Shown here: positions 16,456-24,721 of the stretch, piece after piece
How the letters are laid out: each line of letters opens with the position of its first letter
Position numbering within the stretch: the first letter of the stretch is position 1
Origin: a virus
Lineage: Duplodnaviria; Caudoviricetes
Virus record (IMG/VR): IMGVR_UViG_3300032046_000026
Coordinates: 1-60,660 of that record
DNA: 60,660 nt
Reading direction: 5' to 3' (one strand)
Position numbers and translations under genes: made by a program
The notes under the pieces: model-generated
The model's database searches: none
Told to the model about the DNA's origin: nothing
What the model saw: only the letters and a program-made list of their open reading frames with translations

Positions 16456-16704
16456 CTACTGGCGGTGGGCCGCCGGCGCCAGTAGGCCCCTGGCCACCTT
16501 CTGGAATTGGATCAGCGGGGTGATCAGTTGCTTCCATTCCCGCATGCCGTGTTCGCTTTCCAGCCAGGCGGTCGGATCAAGGAACGGCCCGAGTACATCG
16601 TACCGCTCGATCTCCTCGGCCATTTCCTGCAGCGGCAGGTCAACCACCACCTGGGTGATCAGGCCGATCTTGGTTTGGGTGGCCCTTACTTCTTCGACAA
16701 GCAT
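16456..16704 (-). CDS. Hypothetical protein
   Basis: SD AAAGGAGG. Confidence 0.75.
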   Translation of the reverse strand: MLVEEVRATQTKIGLITQVVVDLPLQEMAEEIERYDVLGPFLDPTAWLESEHGMREWKQLITPLIQFQKVARGLLAPAAHRQ

Positions 16705-16747
16705 GATGCCTCCTTTCGGCCGCTAAGGTGCCCTCGGTTGCCCGCCA

Positions 16748-16776
16748 AGTCTAACCGCTGCGGTTAGCAGGATCAA
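16748..16776 (-). promoter_or_regulatory. Sigma70 promoter with operator
   Basis: TTGATC-N17-TAGACT; CTAACCG-CTG-CGGTTAG at 16751-16767. Confidence 0.75.
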
Positions 16777-17189
16777 GGGTTGTTGAGCATTTTGTTGAGG
16801 ACGGCGGCCGGCGATTTCAGGCGCGGGTTGGGCACCCGTTCGTCCACGGTGCGCAGCCGCCGGTTGCCCTCAGCGTCGTGGTAGGTTTCATGGCGTTCGA
16901 TCCATACGAGTATGCCATCATGCAGGGCCGCCAAGATCGCGTGCGCACCATGCTTTCGCACGAAGTATTCGGCCCCGAACTGGAAGCCCAGGCGACTTCG
17001 CAGAAACCGCACCAGCCGCGCGTCGGTGGCCGACAACCGGCGGGGGGCCTGGGCGATGGAATTCGGTATGGCAGTCGGAACTACGCGCGGTGTCGGCGAA
17101 TTCACTTCTGGGAAATTGGGCGGGAAACTGTACTGCGGAGCATCGATGTCGAGAACGCCTGGGGGCAGTTTTCGGGCCGGTTGCGGCAT
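16773..17189 (-). CDS. Hypothetical protein, possibly related to a replication-initiator C-terminal domain
   Basis: SD AAAGGA; C-terminal LKSPAAVLNKML; function uncertain. Confidence 0.55.
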   Translation of the reverse strand: MPQPARKLPPGVLDIDAPQYSFPPNFPEVNSPTPRVVPTAIPNSIAQAPRRLSATDARLVRFLRSRLGFQFGAEYFVRKHGAHAILAALHDGILVWIERHETYHDAEGNRRLRTVDERVPNPRLKSPAAVLNKMLNNP

Positions 17190-17244
17190 GGAGACGGCTT
17201 CCTTTCCGCTGTAAAAACGGGCCTTGGGGAGACGATGTAGGGCG

Positions 17245-17273
17245 AGCGTAAAGCCCGCCCCGCGTACCGTCAA
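17245..17273 (-). promoter_or_regulatory. Sigma70 promoter
   Basis: TTGACG-N17-TACGCT in an intergenic gap. Confidence 0.6.
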
Positions 17274-17293
17274 GTCCTTAAAGTGTGTATGCG

Positions 17294-17911
17294 CTATAGC
17301 GTTTCCTCCTCCGCATCGCGCTCGCGCAGGCGCGCCTCGGCGTTGGCCGCCAGGCACAGCGGGCAGGCCCAGTCCGGTTGCTTGTCGTGCATGCCGGTTT
17401 CGTGGTCGGCAATGATCGCGTCGAGATCCTGGGCCGCCGGCATGCCGCCTTCCATCCCCAGCTGCACGCCGGCGATGCGGAAGGCCGCCCCGCACTTCTG
17501 GCCCTGGGCGCGCCACAGGTTGGGCAGGCAGGCAGCGTCCAACTGCTCGGCGTCGAACTTCACCTGCAGGATTTGGGCGCCGCCGGCCTCCTTGGGCTGG
17601 AAGCCGCTGATCCGGCCCGACAGCATGATCTCGAAGATTGGCGCCGGCCCCCAGCCGCGCAGGGTTAGCACCTCGCGCAGCCGTGCAAGGAAGATGGCCA
17701 GCGGCTCGGCCGCCTGGGCGATGGCTTCCGCCGTCGTAAGGGTTTCTTCCCCCTGCAGCGCAACGCCGCTGCCGTCTCGCAGTTGCACGTTTTGCGTGAT
17801 TGTGTCCACCAGGGCGCCCACGTCGAGGCGGTTGTCGAGATATTCCACCGCCATCCTGTAGGCGGTGGTTCCTGGATCGAGCGGCTTCTTGTTCGGTATT
17901 CCCCTGGGCAT
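17294..17911 (-). CDS. Hypothetical protein with a C-terminal His/Cys Zn site
   Basis: SD AAGGAGG; H..GMH...CPLC. Confidence 0.75.
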   Translation of the reverse strand: MPRGIPNKKPLDPGTTAYRMAVEYLDNRLDVGALVDTITQNVQLRDGSGVALQGEETLTTAEAIAQAAEPLAIFLARLREVLTLRGWGPAPIFEIMLSGRISGFQPKEAGGAQILQVKFDAEQLDAACLPNLWRAQGQKCGAAFRIAGVQLGMEGGMPAAQDLDAIIADHETGMHDKQPDWACPLCLAANAEARLRERDAEEETL

Positions 17912-17920
17912 CGTACCTCC

Positions 17921-18994
17921 TTATTGCCCCTTCAATCGGCACAGATCGCGCCATGCCCCTGGCAGGTCTTTGACGTCGGTTAGCGCCTGAACCCCCAGGG
18001 CGTTGCAGATCTCGATGGCATTCTTGAAGTGCAGGTGTTGGATCGCAAACCGCTGCAGCTGTTCCATGTTGGCCGGCGGGTTGAGGACGCCCCCGCCGAC
18101 TGGCTCCCGCGTCTCGGCCTTGGGTGGCGGGGGGCGGCTGGTGGTGGCCCGTGCCGGCGGCCGCCCAGGCGCGGGCGCGGCTTCCGCCTTGGCCGGTTCT
18201 TCTTCTGGCCCGTCATGCGCCGGCGTCGGAGTTGAAGGGCTTGGTGGCCGTTCTGCTTCCGCCACCGGCGGCGCTGACGGTTCCTCAACCACCTCGGCGT
18301 CGATGATTTCCCCCCGACCATTCGGATCATCGCCAACGGGGCTGTCAAGTTCGTTGTCAAAGGTGGGCAGGGCCACCTGGGCGATCAGGTTGAGGCAGCG
18401 GCCCTCGGCCCGCTTCATCGCCATGATCGCCGGCTGGGTGATCAGGGGCCGCACCTTGGCCTCGGGGTTGGTGGCGAAGTCCATCACCTGCGCGGGGTTG
18501 TGCGCCGACCTGGCGCCGTCAACTTGGGCCTTCGTCACGCCGAGCTTTTCCATCTCGCGGGTGCTGGGGTAGCGTTCGCCCTCGCGCACCAGGCCATACT
18601 GGATCGTGGGGATCGGGGTGCTCTTGCGGTAGAGGTGGCACATGGCCAGCACGTCGCCTGGGCGGCTGGCCTGCATGGCCTCGCGGATCGCGGGATCGGT
18701 CACGATGCTGGGCTGGATCGCGGCGAAGTCGGGGTGCCGCATGGCCAGGCGCCGGCGGCCGTCGATGGTGACGTACAGGCTGCCCTCGTAGATCATCACC
18801 TCGCCCGCCAGGGGGTGCAGGCCCAGGCTGATCGCCACCGCCGCGAACTCGCGCAGCTTGCCCATGGGCGGCGCGTTCTCGTTGGGCCGCAGGGACATTG
18901 TGAAGTAGCGCGACATCGCCTCCTGCCGTTCAACCGTGACCGGCAGGGGCCGGTAGCCTACTTCCACCAGGGCAGTTTCATTTCCACTCGTCAT
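17921..18994 (-). CDS. RecT/Bet-like single-strand annealing protein
   Basis: GLHPLAGEV...YVTIDGRRRLA...PAIMAMKRAE..CL; Pro-rich linker. Confidence 0.75.
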   Translation of the reverse strand: MTSGNETALVEVGYRPLPVTVERQEAMSRYFTMSLRPNENAPPMGKLREFAAVAISLGLHPLAGEVMIYEGSLYVTIDGRRRLAMRHPDFAAIQPSIVTDPAIREAMQASRPGDVLAMCHLYRKSTPIPTIQYGLVREGERYPSTREMEKLGVTKAQVDGARSAHNPAQVMDFATNPEAKVRPLITQPAIMAMKRAEGRCLNLIAQVALPTFDNELDSPVGDDPNGRGEIIDAEVVEEPSAPPVAEAERPPSPSTPTPAHDGPEEEPAKAEAAPAPGRPPARATTSRPPPPKAETREPVGGGVLNPPANMEQLQRFAIQHLHFKNAIEICNALGVQALTDVKDLPGAWRDLCRLKGQ

Positions 18995-19389
18995 GGGCGC
19001 CTTCCTTTCCAGAGGCTAACTACTGGCCGACTGACGGGCGCACATTCCGGCCGGTCGGCCCCCAGTTTGGGGAGCCAATCGCAGAGCCGGTGATCGCCCC
19101 AGTTGTGGTCGCGGATGATAAGGTAGGCCAGCCGGTTGCGCAAGGCCACCGGCAACCCGTCCAGCTGATCCATGCGCCAATCCGAGGGGCGCACGCGCAT
19201 GGCCACCAGCAGGCGCGCCTCCTGGGCGCTGGCCGGCAGGGCCAGGCCAACATGGGTCACTTCCTTGGGGCAGAACAGGCTGGTGCCCCGCCGCACCACC
19301 CGAGCGCCGCATTGGGCGCACAGCAGCCTTGGCTGGCCGCCTTTGCCCACGCGGGCGGCTTCCACGGCGCGCTCGCGGTCGGTCGTCAT
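18991..19389 (-). CDS. Hypothetical Zn-ribbon protein
   Basis: CAQCG...FCP..TH; TAATG coupling with the upstream gene. Confidence 0.65.
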   Translation of the reverse strand: MTTDRERAVEAARVGKGGQPRLLCAQCGARVVRRGTSLFCPKEVTHVGLALPASAQEARLLVAMRVRPSDWRMDQLDGLPVALRNRLAYLIIRDHNWGDHRLCDWLPKLGADRPECAPVSRPVVSLWKGRRP

Positions 19390-19532
19390 TACAACACCCT
19401 GAGAATCACAATGCAGGTCGCCGTCAACGCCAGGCAGCATTGGGAGACGACGCGCCAGTACGGCTTGTCGCTGCCCAAGTTGATCGCAATCATGCAAACG
19501 CCAGCAAGAACCAGCCAGCCGTCAGTAGACAT
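19389..19532 (-). CDS. Small two-TM membrane protein
   Basis: MSTDGWLVLAGVCMIAINL...; coupled to neighbours. Confidence 0.6.
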   Translation of the reverse strand: MSTDGWLVLAGVCMIAINLGSDKPYWRVVSQCCLALTATCIVILRVL

Positions 19533-19950
19533 CGGCGTCGTCGCCCTCCTCGCCTTCCGCCGGCACCTCCGGCTCGAAGCCTGGCATGATCGGGTGCCGC
19601 CGCCCCAGGTTGACCTGGGCATATAGCAGTTTGGCGCGGCCCCGCTTGTTCATCCGTGCCGCCTGGGAGAACAGCCGCCGCGCAGACGCTTCAACTTCCT
19701 CGGCATATTCGGCCACGTAGACGCCCCAATCGCCGGTGCACAGCACGAACTCGGTGGCGTCCGCTTTGGAAAGGATCGCCCGCAGGGCGCGGCCTTCGAT
19801 ATCGGAGAAGCAGCCGGCCAGGTCGCGCATGAGGATCGCGGCGCCGGCTCCCACATGGTAGCCGGCCAGGCGCACCACGACCCGCTGGTATTGGTCGGGC
19901 GTGAAATCCCACGGCCCCTGGCCGCGCCGATCCCATGGTTCGCTGCTCAT
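19522..19950 (-). CDS. Putative winged-helix DNA-binding protein
   Basis: AILMRDLA...EGRALRAIL...CTGDWGVYVA; first gene after an operator promoter. Confidence 0.55.
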   Translation of the reverse strand: MSSEPWDRRGQGPWDFTPDQYQRVVVRLAGYHVGAGAAILMRDLAGCFSDIEGRALRAILSKADATEFVLCTGDWGVYVAEYAEEVEASARRLFSQAARMNKRGRAKLLYAQVNLGRRHPIMPGFEPEVPAEGEEGDDADVY

Positions 19951-19970
19951 GGCGCACCTCCGCTCGCCAA

Positions 19971-19999
19971 AGTCTAACCGTGGCGGCTAGGGGGCGCAA
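19971..19999 (-). promoter_or_regulatory. Sigma70 promoter with operator
   Basis: TTGCGC-N17-TAGACT; TAACCGTGGCGGCTA at 19975-19989. Confidence 0.72.
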
Positions 20000-20020
20000 G
20001 GGGTCAGAGGGGCTTTTTTG

Positions 20021-20203
20021 CTACCGATGCACGAGGCGAAACAGTGATCCACAGTCGCAGCTGGGCTTCCGCATTCGGAGCAGGGGTTGCACGTCGGCCT
20101 GGTCAACGTCAACCGTCTCGCCGTAGCGGCAGGCGTAGTCCTTGCCGGTGCTGGGGCCGACGATGGTGCGGGGGCGGGCGCCGCAATAGCGCAGGACGGG
20201 CAT
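20021..20203 (-). CDS. Small protein, probable paralog of 48771..48995
   Basis: LRYCG...STGKDY...VDVDQADVQPLL...CDCG..LFRLV. Confidence 0.7.
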   Translation of the reverse strand: MPVLRYCGARPRTIVGPSTGKDYACRYGETVDVDQADVQPLLRMRKPSCDCGSLFRLVHR

Positions 20204-20964
20204 CAGTTCGGCAGGCCGGCCAGGGCGCGGAGGTACTTCATTTCCATGTAGGCTTGTTCGGCCAGGGCAGGATCGCCGGCCAGGATCATGCCGGCCCAGC
20301 GTAGGGCCAGGTCGACGCGGGTGGGGTTTGCGGGCAGCGGAATGGGCATCGTCTCCTCCAATAGCAGGTGCCGGTTGAACATGTCCAGGTCAACGTAGAC
20401 GCCGCCGATCTCGGTGCCGCCGTTGAACTGCTCGCCCACCAGCTGGGCCAGCGTCCAGCCGCCGTAAGGCAGGCCGGCGAAGTCGATATCGGGGTCTTGA
20501 TCCCACAGGGCATTGATCAGCAGGCAGTCGGTGAACGTGGTGGGGTTGCCCATCAGATCGACCCAGGCGTGATAATTGGTGTAGATCGCCCGCCGCTTGG
20601 CGCCGTACTCGAGCGCGGCCAGCAGATCGACGGCCTGGCGCACCGTGCACCAGGGGATGCCAGGCAGTTCCACGTCCACCACCACCAGCACCAGCTGCGC
20701 CCACAGGTCGTCGGGCACGCCGGCGCGCCCCTGCTGCACGTGCCAGGCGCCGTCGTGGTTGCCCGTGACGGAGATATAGCCCATCGGGATCAAGCCGGCC
20801 GCGATTGCGATCCGCAGGTTGTCGATCCGGTTGGCGGGCTGGTCGGCGCCCGTCCACAGGCATTGCCACCAAACCAGTTCGCCGGCGGCCCGCAGATCGG
20901 CCGCCGCTTCGGCCGTCAGCCGCGTGTAGCTGCCGTCGACGCCTGGTATCCAATCAGGGGGCAT
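20203..20964 (-). CDS. Endolysin, GH25-like lysozyme
   Basis: GVDGS, VVVDVE (DxE), AIYT...W, EQF...VDLD. Confidence 0.82.
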   Translation of the reverse strand: MPPDWIPGVDGSYTRLTAEAAADLRAAGELVWWQCLWTGADQPANRIDNLRIAIAAGLIPMGYISVTGNHDGAWHVQQGRAGVPDDLWAQLVLVVVDVELPGIPWCTVRQAVDLLAALEYGAKRRAIYTNYHAWVDLMGNPTTFTDCLLINALWDQDPDIDFAGLPYGGWTLAQLVGEQFNGGTEIGGVYVDLDMFNRHLLLEETMPIPLPANPTRVDLALRWAGMILAGDPALAEQAYMEMKYLRALAGLPN

Positions 20965-21322
20965 GGGCCACCTCCGGCAGCTGGCCACGTGGCAGGGTGC
21001 GGGGCAGGATTGTGCCGCCATCGGCGACAAAGAACGTGGCCGTCAGCTTGATCATATCCGCCTCGTCAAAGTCCCTGCAGCTGAACACGTGCACGGCGCC
21101 GTAGGGCGCCGGTTCGTCCTTGGGGTTCAGGTGCACCGCGATGTGGGATTCGGCGATCAGCTGCAGCAGCATCACCTTGCCGCCAAACCGGCCGCCCATC
21201 TGGTGGATCGCCTGCAGGCCGGTGAGATCCACGGCGGCGGCGATAAAGGCCCGCGCCCGTGTAACCGTCCAGCAGCGGGCCGCGTGTTCAGGGGGCGTGG
21301 TGAATTCGAGGGCCAGGAACAT
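20954..21322 (-). CDS. speD: S-adenosylmethionine decarboxylase proenzyme-like (pyruvoyl enzyme)
   Basis: LIAESHIAVH (ES self-cleavage site), HVFSCRDFD. Confidence 0.82.
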   Translation of the reverse strand: MFLALEFTTPPEHAARCWTVTRARAFIAAAVDLTGLQAIHQMGGRFGGKVMLLQLIAESHIAVHLNPKDEPAPYGAVHVFSCRDFDEADMIKLTATFFVADGGTILPRTLPRGQLPEVAHAP

Positions 21323-21331
21323 GGGTGCCCC

Positions 21332-21601
21332 CTACCATATCTTGCCCATCCCGAGCATGTGCGGCCCCAGCCAGCCAATCACCCCAACGATCACGACCAG
21401 GCCGGCCAGGTAGAAGCACCACCAAAAGCTGAACGGGTGGGCCAGCACCGTGCGGGTGACTTCGGTGAGCGTGTCGCCAGGCTGGGCGTTTGCCAGGGCC
21501 AGGATTTCGATCACCAGGAAGGCAGCCGTGAAGGCCAGCACCGCCCCCAGGGCGCCCAGGAACCACATGAGCCAGGCGACGCGGAAGGCTTCGGGTGACA
21601 T
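21332..21601 (-). CDS. Holin-like two-TM protein
   Basis: Two hydrophobic helices, located in the lysis cassette. Confidence 0.6.
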   Translation of the reverse strand: MSPEAFRVAWLMWFLGALGAVLAFTAAFLVIEILALANAQPGDTLTEVTRTVLAHPFSFWWCFYLAGLVVIVGVIGWLGPHMLGMGKIW

Positions 21602-21611
21602 GGGCGGCCCC

Positions 21612-21965
21612 CTACTGGTGCCCCGTGACCAGGGCCAGCAACCAAAAGACGACGGCGCCTACCGCGCCGGCGCCGCCGAATGCCGCGAAGACCCGCAGGA
21701 AGATCAACCCTTGCGTCCGCAGCATCGCCCAGGCGCCCTCGCGCGTTGCCTGGGCCTTCGCCCAGCCGTTGATATCGCGCTTGATGTCGCCCTGGGCGAT
21801 GGCAACCGCGTCAACCTGCCCCTTGATCGCGTCCAGCTTCTCATCGACGGCTTTGCAGAACAGCGGCCATATCTTCTCCTCGAAGTCTTTTTGCGCCTGC
21901 TGCACCGCGCCGACGATTCGATCCAGCGAGCCTTGGGGCATTTTTTGTGAGGCCGTGTCCTGCAT
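21612..21965 (-). CDS. Membrane protein (coiled coil + C-terminal TM), lysis-cassette associated
   Basis: SD GGGAGG; C-terminal TM helix. Confidence 0.7.
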   Translation of the reverse strand: MQDTASQKMPQGSLDRIVGAVQQAQKDFEEKIWPLFCKAVDEKLDAIKGQVDAVAIAQGDIKRDINGWAKAQATREGAWAMLRTQGLIFLRVFAAFGGAGAVGAVVFWLLALVTGHQ

Positions 21966-21984
21966 GGCCCTCCCCTTCACCACT

Positions 21985-21993
21985 ATGGTCGAC
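21985..21993 (-). promoter_or_regulatory. Putative late promoter motif GTCGACCAT (lysis operon)
   Basis: Intergenic, 19 nt before ATG 21965. Confidence 0.7.
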
Positions 21994-21995
21994 AG

Positions 21996-22604
21996 TTATC
22001 GGGGGGCCAGGCCGATGCGCATGCGCCGCACCGCGTGGCGCCGCAGCTGGCGGGCCTCGTCGGGTTCCGTGCCGAACATGGCGGCTATGTTCTCGGGCGT
22101 CTCGCCGGCGTAGTCGCGCATCAACAGCACCGCCCGCTCGCTGGCCGGCAGGGCGGCAATCGTGGCTTCCAGATCGGCCGCCAGTTCTATGGCCCGCCAG
22201 GGATCGATCCGCTGGCCGTCAACGAGCAGCGGTTCGCTCTCGAAGCCTGGGCCAAATTCGTCAACCTCGCCGCTGCGGCCTTCTTCATGGTGGCCACGGT
22301 GCAACTCGGGGAAGGCCACCTCGATGGGGCGGGCCTGGCCGTTGCGGCCCAGGCGCCCGTGCCGGCGCCGGAGATCTATCGCGTGGCCGCGCAGGCGCAG
22401 CCAGAGGAACGTGGTGAACTTGCCCACCTGGGGGTTGTAGTCGCGGGCGGCGATCACGGCCTGCTCTCTCAGTTCCGCCAGCACGTCTTCGCGGGCCAGG
22501 TAGCCCACGCCATCATGGAAGATGCCCGCGCGGTGGGCAGCTGCTTCGATCATGCCGATCACTTCGGGGCTTTGGAGAAGGGCCGCAGCTGCAGGCGCAT
22601 TCAT
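21996..22604 (-). CDS. Phage RNA polymerase sigma factor (sigma70 family, FliA/WhiG-like regions 2 and 4)
   Basis: DYNPQVGKFTTFLWLRLRGHAIDLRR; IAALPASERAVL...IAAMFG...RQLRRHAVRRMR. Confidence 0.88.
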   Translation of the reverse strand: MNAPAAAALLQSPEVIGMIEAAAHRAGIFHDGVGYLAREDVLAELREQAVIAARDYNPQVGKFTTFLWLRLRGHAIDLRRRHGRLGRNGQARPIEVAFPELHRGHHEEGRSGEVDEFGPGFESEPLLVDGQRIDPWRAIELAADLEATIAALPASERAVLLMRDYAGETPENIAAMFGTEPDEARQLRRHAVRRMRIGLAPR

Positions 22605-22611
22605 GGCCCGA

Positions 22612-22641
22612 ATTGTAGCGCCGTTCGCGGCCCCGTGGCAA
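22612..22641 (-). promoter_or_regulatory. Sigma70 promoter for the sigma gene (leaderless)
   Basis: TTGCCA-N18-TACAAT, 7 nt before ATG 22604. Confidence 0.65.
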
Positions 22642-22651
22642 GCGACGCCGG

Positions 22652-23206
22652 CTACAGGGACAGCATGACGCGGGGCGCGTTGCCCACCAGGAGGGCACCG
22701 CCGGCGGTGAAGGGGTTCGGCAGGGCGCCGTAAGCTTGGGCCACGCTCCAACCGACATGATTAACCACATCGAGCCCCGTTGGGCTACCCAGGAAGCGCA
22801 GGGCACTGTTGATAGAACAGGCGCGGACGGTCGGCGTGTCGCTGGCCAGCCCCACCAGCCAATACCAGCCTGGCGTCAACGTCTGCGCGATCACGATCGT
22901 CTTAAGGCCGGTAGCGGCCGCCGAGACGTTGCCGGCGTCCAATACCAGGGCACCAGGCACGCCGCTACTGTCCCGATAGATGCCTAACTGGATGCTCGCG
23001 CCAGCCTTAAGCGTTGAGACCTCGATGGAAATGCTGGTGTAGGGCGTCGTCGTGGGCACGAAGAAGGGCATCGCGTAGAGGATGTTTGCTGTCAACGCTA
23101 GCGTGGTTGTTACCGTCTCGCAAAGGTTGCCGTAGAACCGCCCGCCGGCATGGGGCGGCCAGGCGGGGGCTAGTTGCAGGGCATCGGTTCGGTTCCAGCC
23201 TGTCAT
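22652..23206 (-). CDS. Minor tail / receptor-binding-like protein
   Basis: End of the tail module; similar to 23208..23879. Confidence 0.65.
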   Translation of the reverse strand: MTGWNRTDALQLAPAWPPHAGGRFYGNLCETVTTTLALTANILYAMPFFVPTTTPYTSISIEVSTLKAGASIQLGIYRDSSGVPGALVLDAGNVSAAATGLKTIVIAQTLTPGWYWLVGLASDTPTVRACSINSALRFLGSPTGLDVVNHVGWSVAQAYGALPNPFTAGGALLVGNAPRVMLSL

Positions 23207-23207
23207 A

Positions 23208-23879
23208 TTAGAACTCCATTACTACGCGGGGGTGACTAACTGTGCCGTTCTGCATCGTATTAGCCGCCATACTCTGCATGGGGAAGCGCCGAGGCCACCC
23301 AGCCGTGTTGAGCAGACTAAAGGCGTCAATTCTAAGAACGCCCCACAGGCTGACCCATAGTGCCGAGTTCGTGCTAGTAGGATACCCACATCCCAGGAAG
23401 CCAGTGTAGACGGCGTTTGCATTAGCGCGGACAGTCGCGGCGGCAGCCCCATACTGATTGAAGGCCGCAAAACATAGACCCTGCGGCAACTTCTCGTAGC
23501 CGTTCCGGTAAGTGACGGCACCGGACTTGTAGTCGTTTGAGGTGCCCAGGCTGATCGCACCCGTCTCACAGATCAACTTGTCAGGGTAGGGGACCAGCAC
23601 GGGGCGCCGGTGGGCGGCATCCCAGGCGAAAGCCGCGTCGTACATGGCTATTCGGCAGGAAGCCGCATCATTGAAGGTCGTCACCTCGATGCCTAGTTTG
23701 ACCAGCAGGGAGGGCAGCGGAATCCACGACGGAAGGAGCCACAAATAGCTGGTGTTGGTGGTAGTATTTGGGACTGTAGAATTGAATGGGAAGGCAGCGT
23801 CGTAGAACCCGCCGCTGCGGAAGGGTAGGATCGACGGTATCCGGTGCGGCGGCGGCTGGTAGACCTGTAGGCCCTTCAT
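23208..23879 (-). CDS. Minor tail / receptor-binding-like protein (paralog of 22652..23206)
   Basis: Shared GG.FY, IEV.T, RIAMY/QLGIY and P..L..(D/E).G.(I/V)S motifs; lower GC. Confidence 0.65.
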   Translation of the reverse strand: MKGLQVYQPPPHRIPSILPFRSGGFYDAAFPFNSTVPNTTTNTSYLWLLPSWIPLPSLLVKLGIEVTTFNDAASCRIAMYDAAFAWDAAHRRPVLVPYPDKLICETGAISLGTSNDYKSGAVTYRNGYEKLPQGLCFAAFNQYGAAAATVRANANAVYTGFLGCGYPTSTNSALWVSLWGVLRIDAFSLLNTAGWPRRFPMQSMAANTMQNGTVSHPRVVMEF

Positions 23880-24206
23880 CTAGGCGTTCTCCACTACAGT
23901 TCCGAGCACGTCAACCGACAAGGCGACCGTGGAAAGGCCGCGCAGTTTGTAGGTGTCGTCCTTGATCGTCACCATGCCCCGCCACTGGGCCGATTCGCGC
24001 GCCGGTATGGGCAGCAGGTTGCACAGGTAGCGGCTTATGCCCCCGCCTTCCACCCAAACGTCCAGCGTCAGATCGCTATCGGTCACGTTCGTGAAGTCAA
24101 GGCTCACCACCATGGCGCGCGTGGCCCCGCCCTCCACGAAGGCCTCGTAAAGATCGGTGGCCGCATCGTCAATCTGTGCCGAGACTGGTTGCGGTGTGCT
24201 GGCCAT
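23880..24206 (-). CDS. Minor tail protein
   Basis: Position in tail module; beta-rich; SD AGGAGG. Confidence 0.65.
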   Translation of the reverse strand: MASTPQPVSAQIDDAATDLYEAFVEGGATRAMVVSLDFTNVTDSDLTLDVWVEGGGISRYLCNLLPIPARESAQWRGMVTIKDDTYKLRGLSTVALSVDVLGTVVENA

Positions 24207-24215
24207 GGTGCCCTC

Positions 24216-24713
24216 CTAGAACGCGACCGCGTAGGTCAGCGCCAGTATATCATCGCCCGCGCCACCAGGACTGGCGTAGGCCCCGATCTCGAATTTGGCG
24301 TGGGTGCCGCCCGCCTCGCACGTGCCGCTGATCCAGATGCCCGCGCCGGCGGCCAATTCGGCCTCCAAGGCATCGCAGAAGTGGTCGTGCTCGACATACC
24401 ACGCCACGGTGCCCGAGGTGCCGCCGCCGCCGGTAGCATAGGCCCCGATCAGGTAGTAGGCGCGGCCAGCCACGAACGTGCCGCTGATCCACACGCCAGC
24501 GCCGGCGATCCAATCGGCCCTGGTGCCGGCGCCCAGCAGGTTGCCGTTGTAGAACCAATTCACCGGCGCGTTGGCGGCCGGTATGATGCCGTCGATTGCA
24601 TCGGCGCGGACAGAATCGCCCACCATGACGGCTTCCACCCGCCGCTTGAGATCGCGCAGGGTGATGTCGTGATCCTGCAGCCGTTCATGGATCACCCCTA
24701 TTTGATCAATCAT
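24216..24713 (-). CDS. Minor tail protein (N-terminal coiled coil)
   Basis: Directly after the tail tip gene. Confidence 0.65.
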   Translation of the reverse strand: MIDQIGVIHERLQDHDITLRDLKRRVEAVMVGDSVRADAIDGIIPAANAPVNWFYNGNLLGAGTRADWIAGAGVWISGTFVAGRAYYLIGAYATGGGGTSGTVAWYVEHDHFCDALEAELAAGAGIWISGTCEAGGTHAKFEIGAYASPGGAGDDILALTYAVAF

Positions 24714-24721
24714 TCCCTACC

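Noticed and set aside
16773-17954. 393-aa ORF as listed in the track
   Set aside because: The 5' two-thirds overlap gene 17294-17911 and a promoter; the real start is more likely ATG 17189
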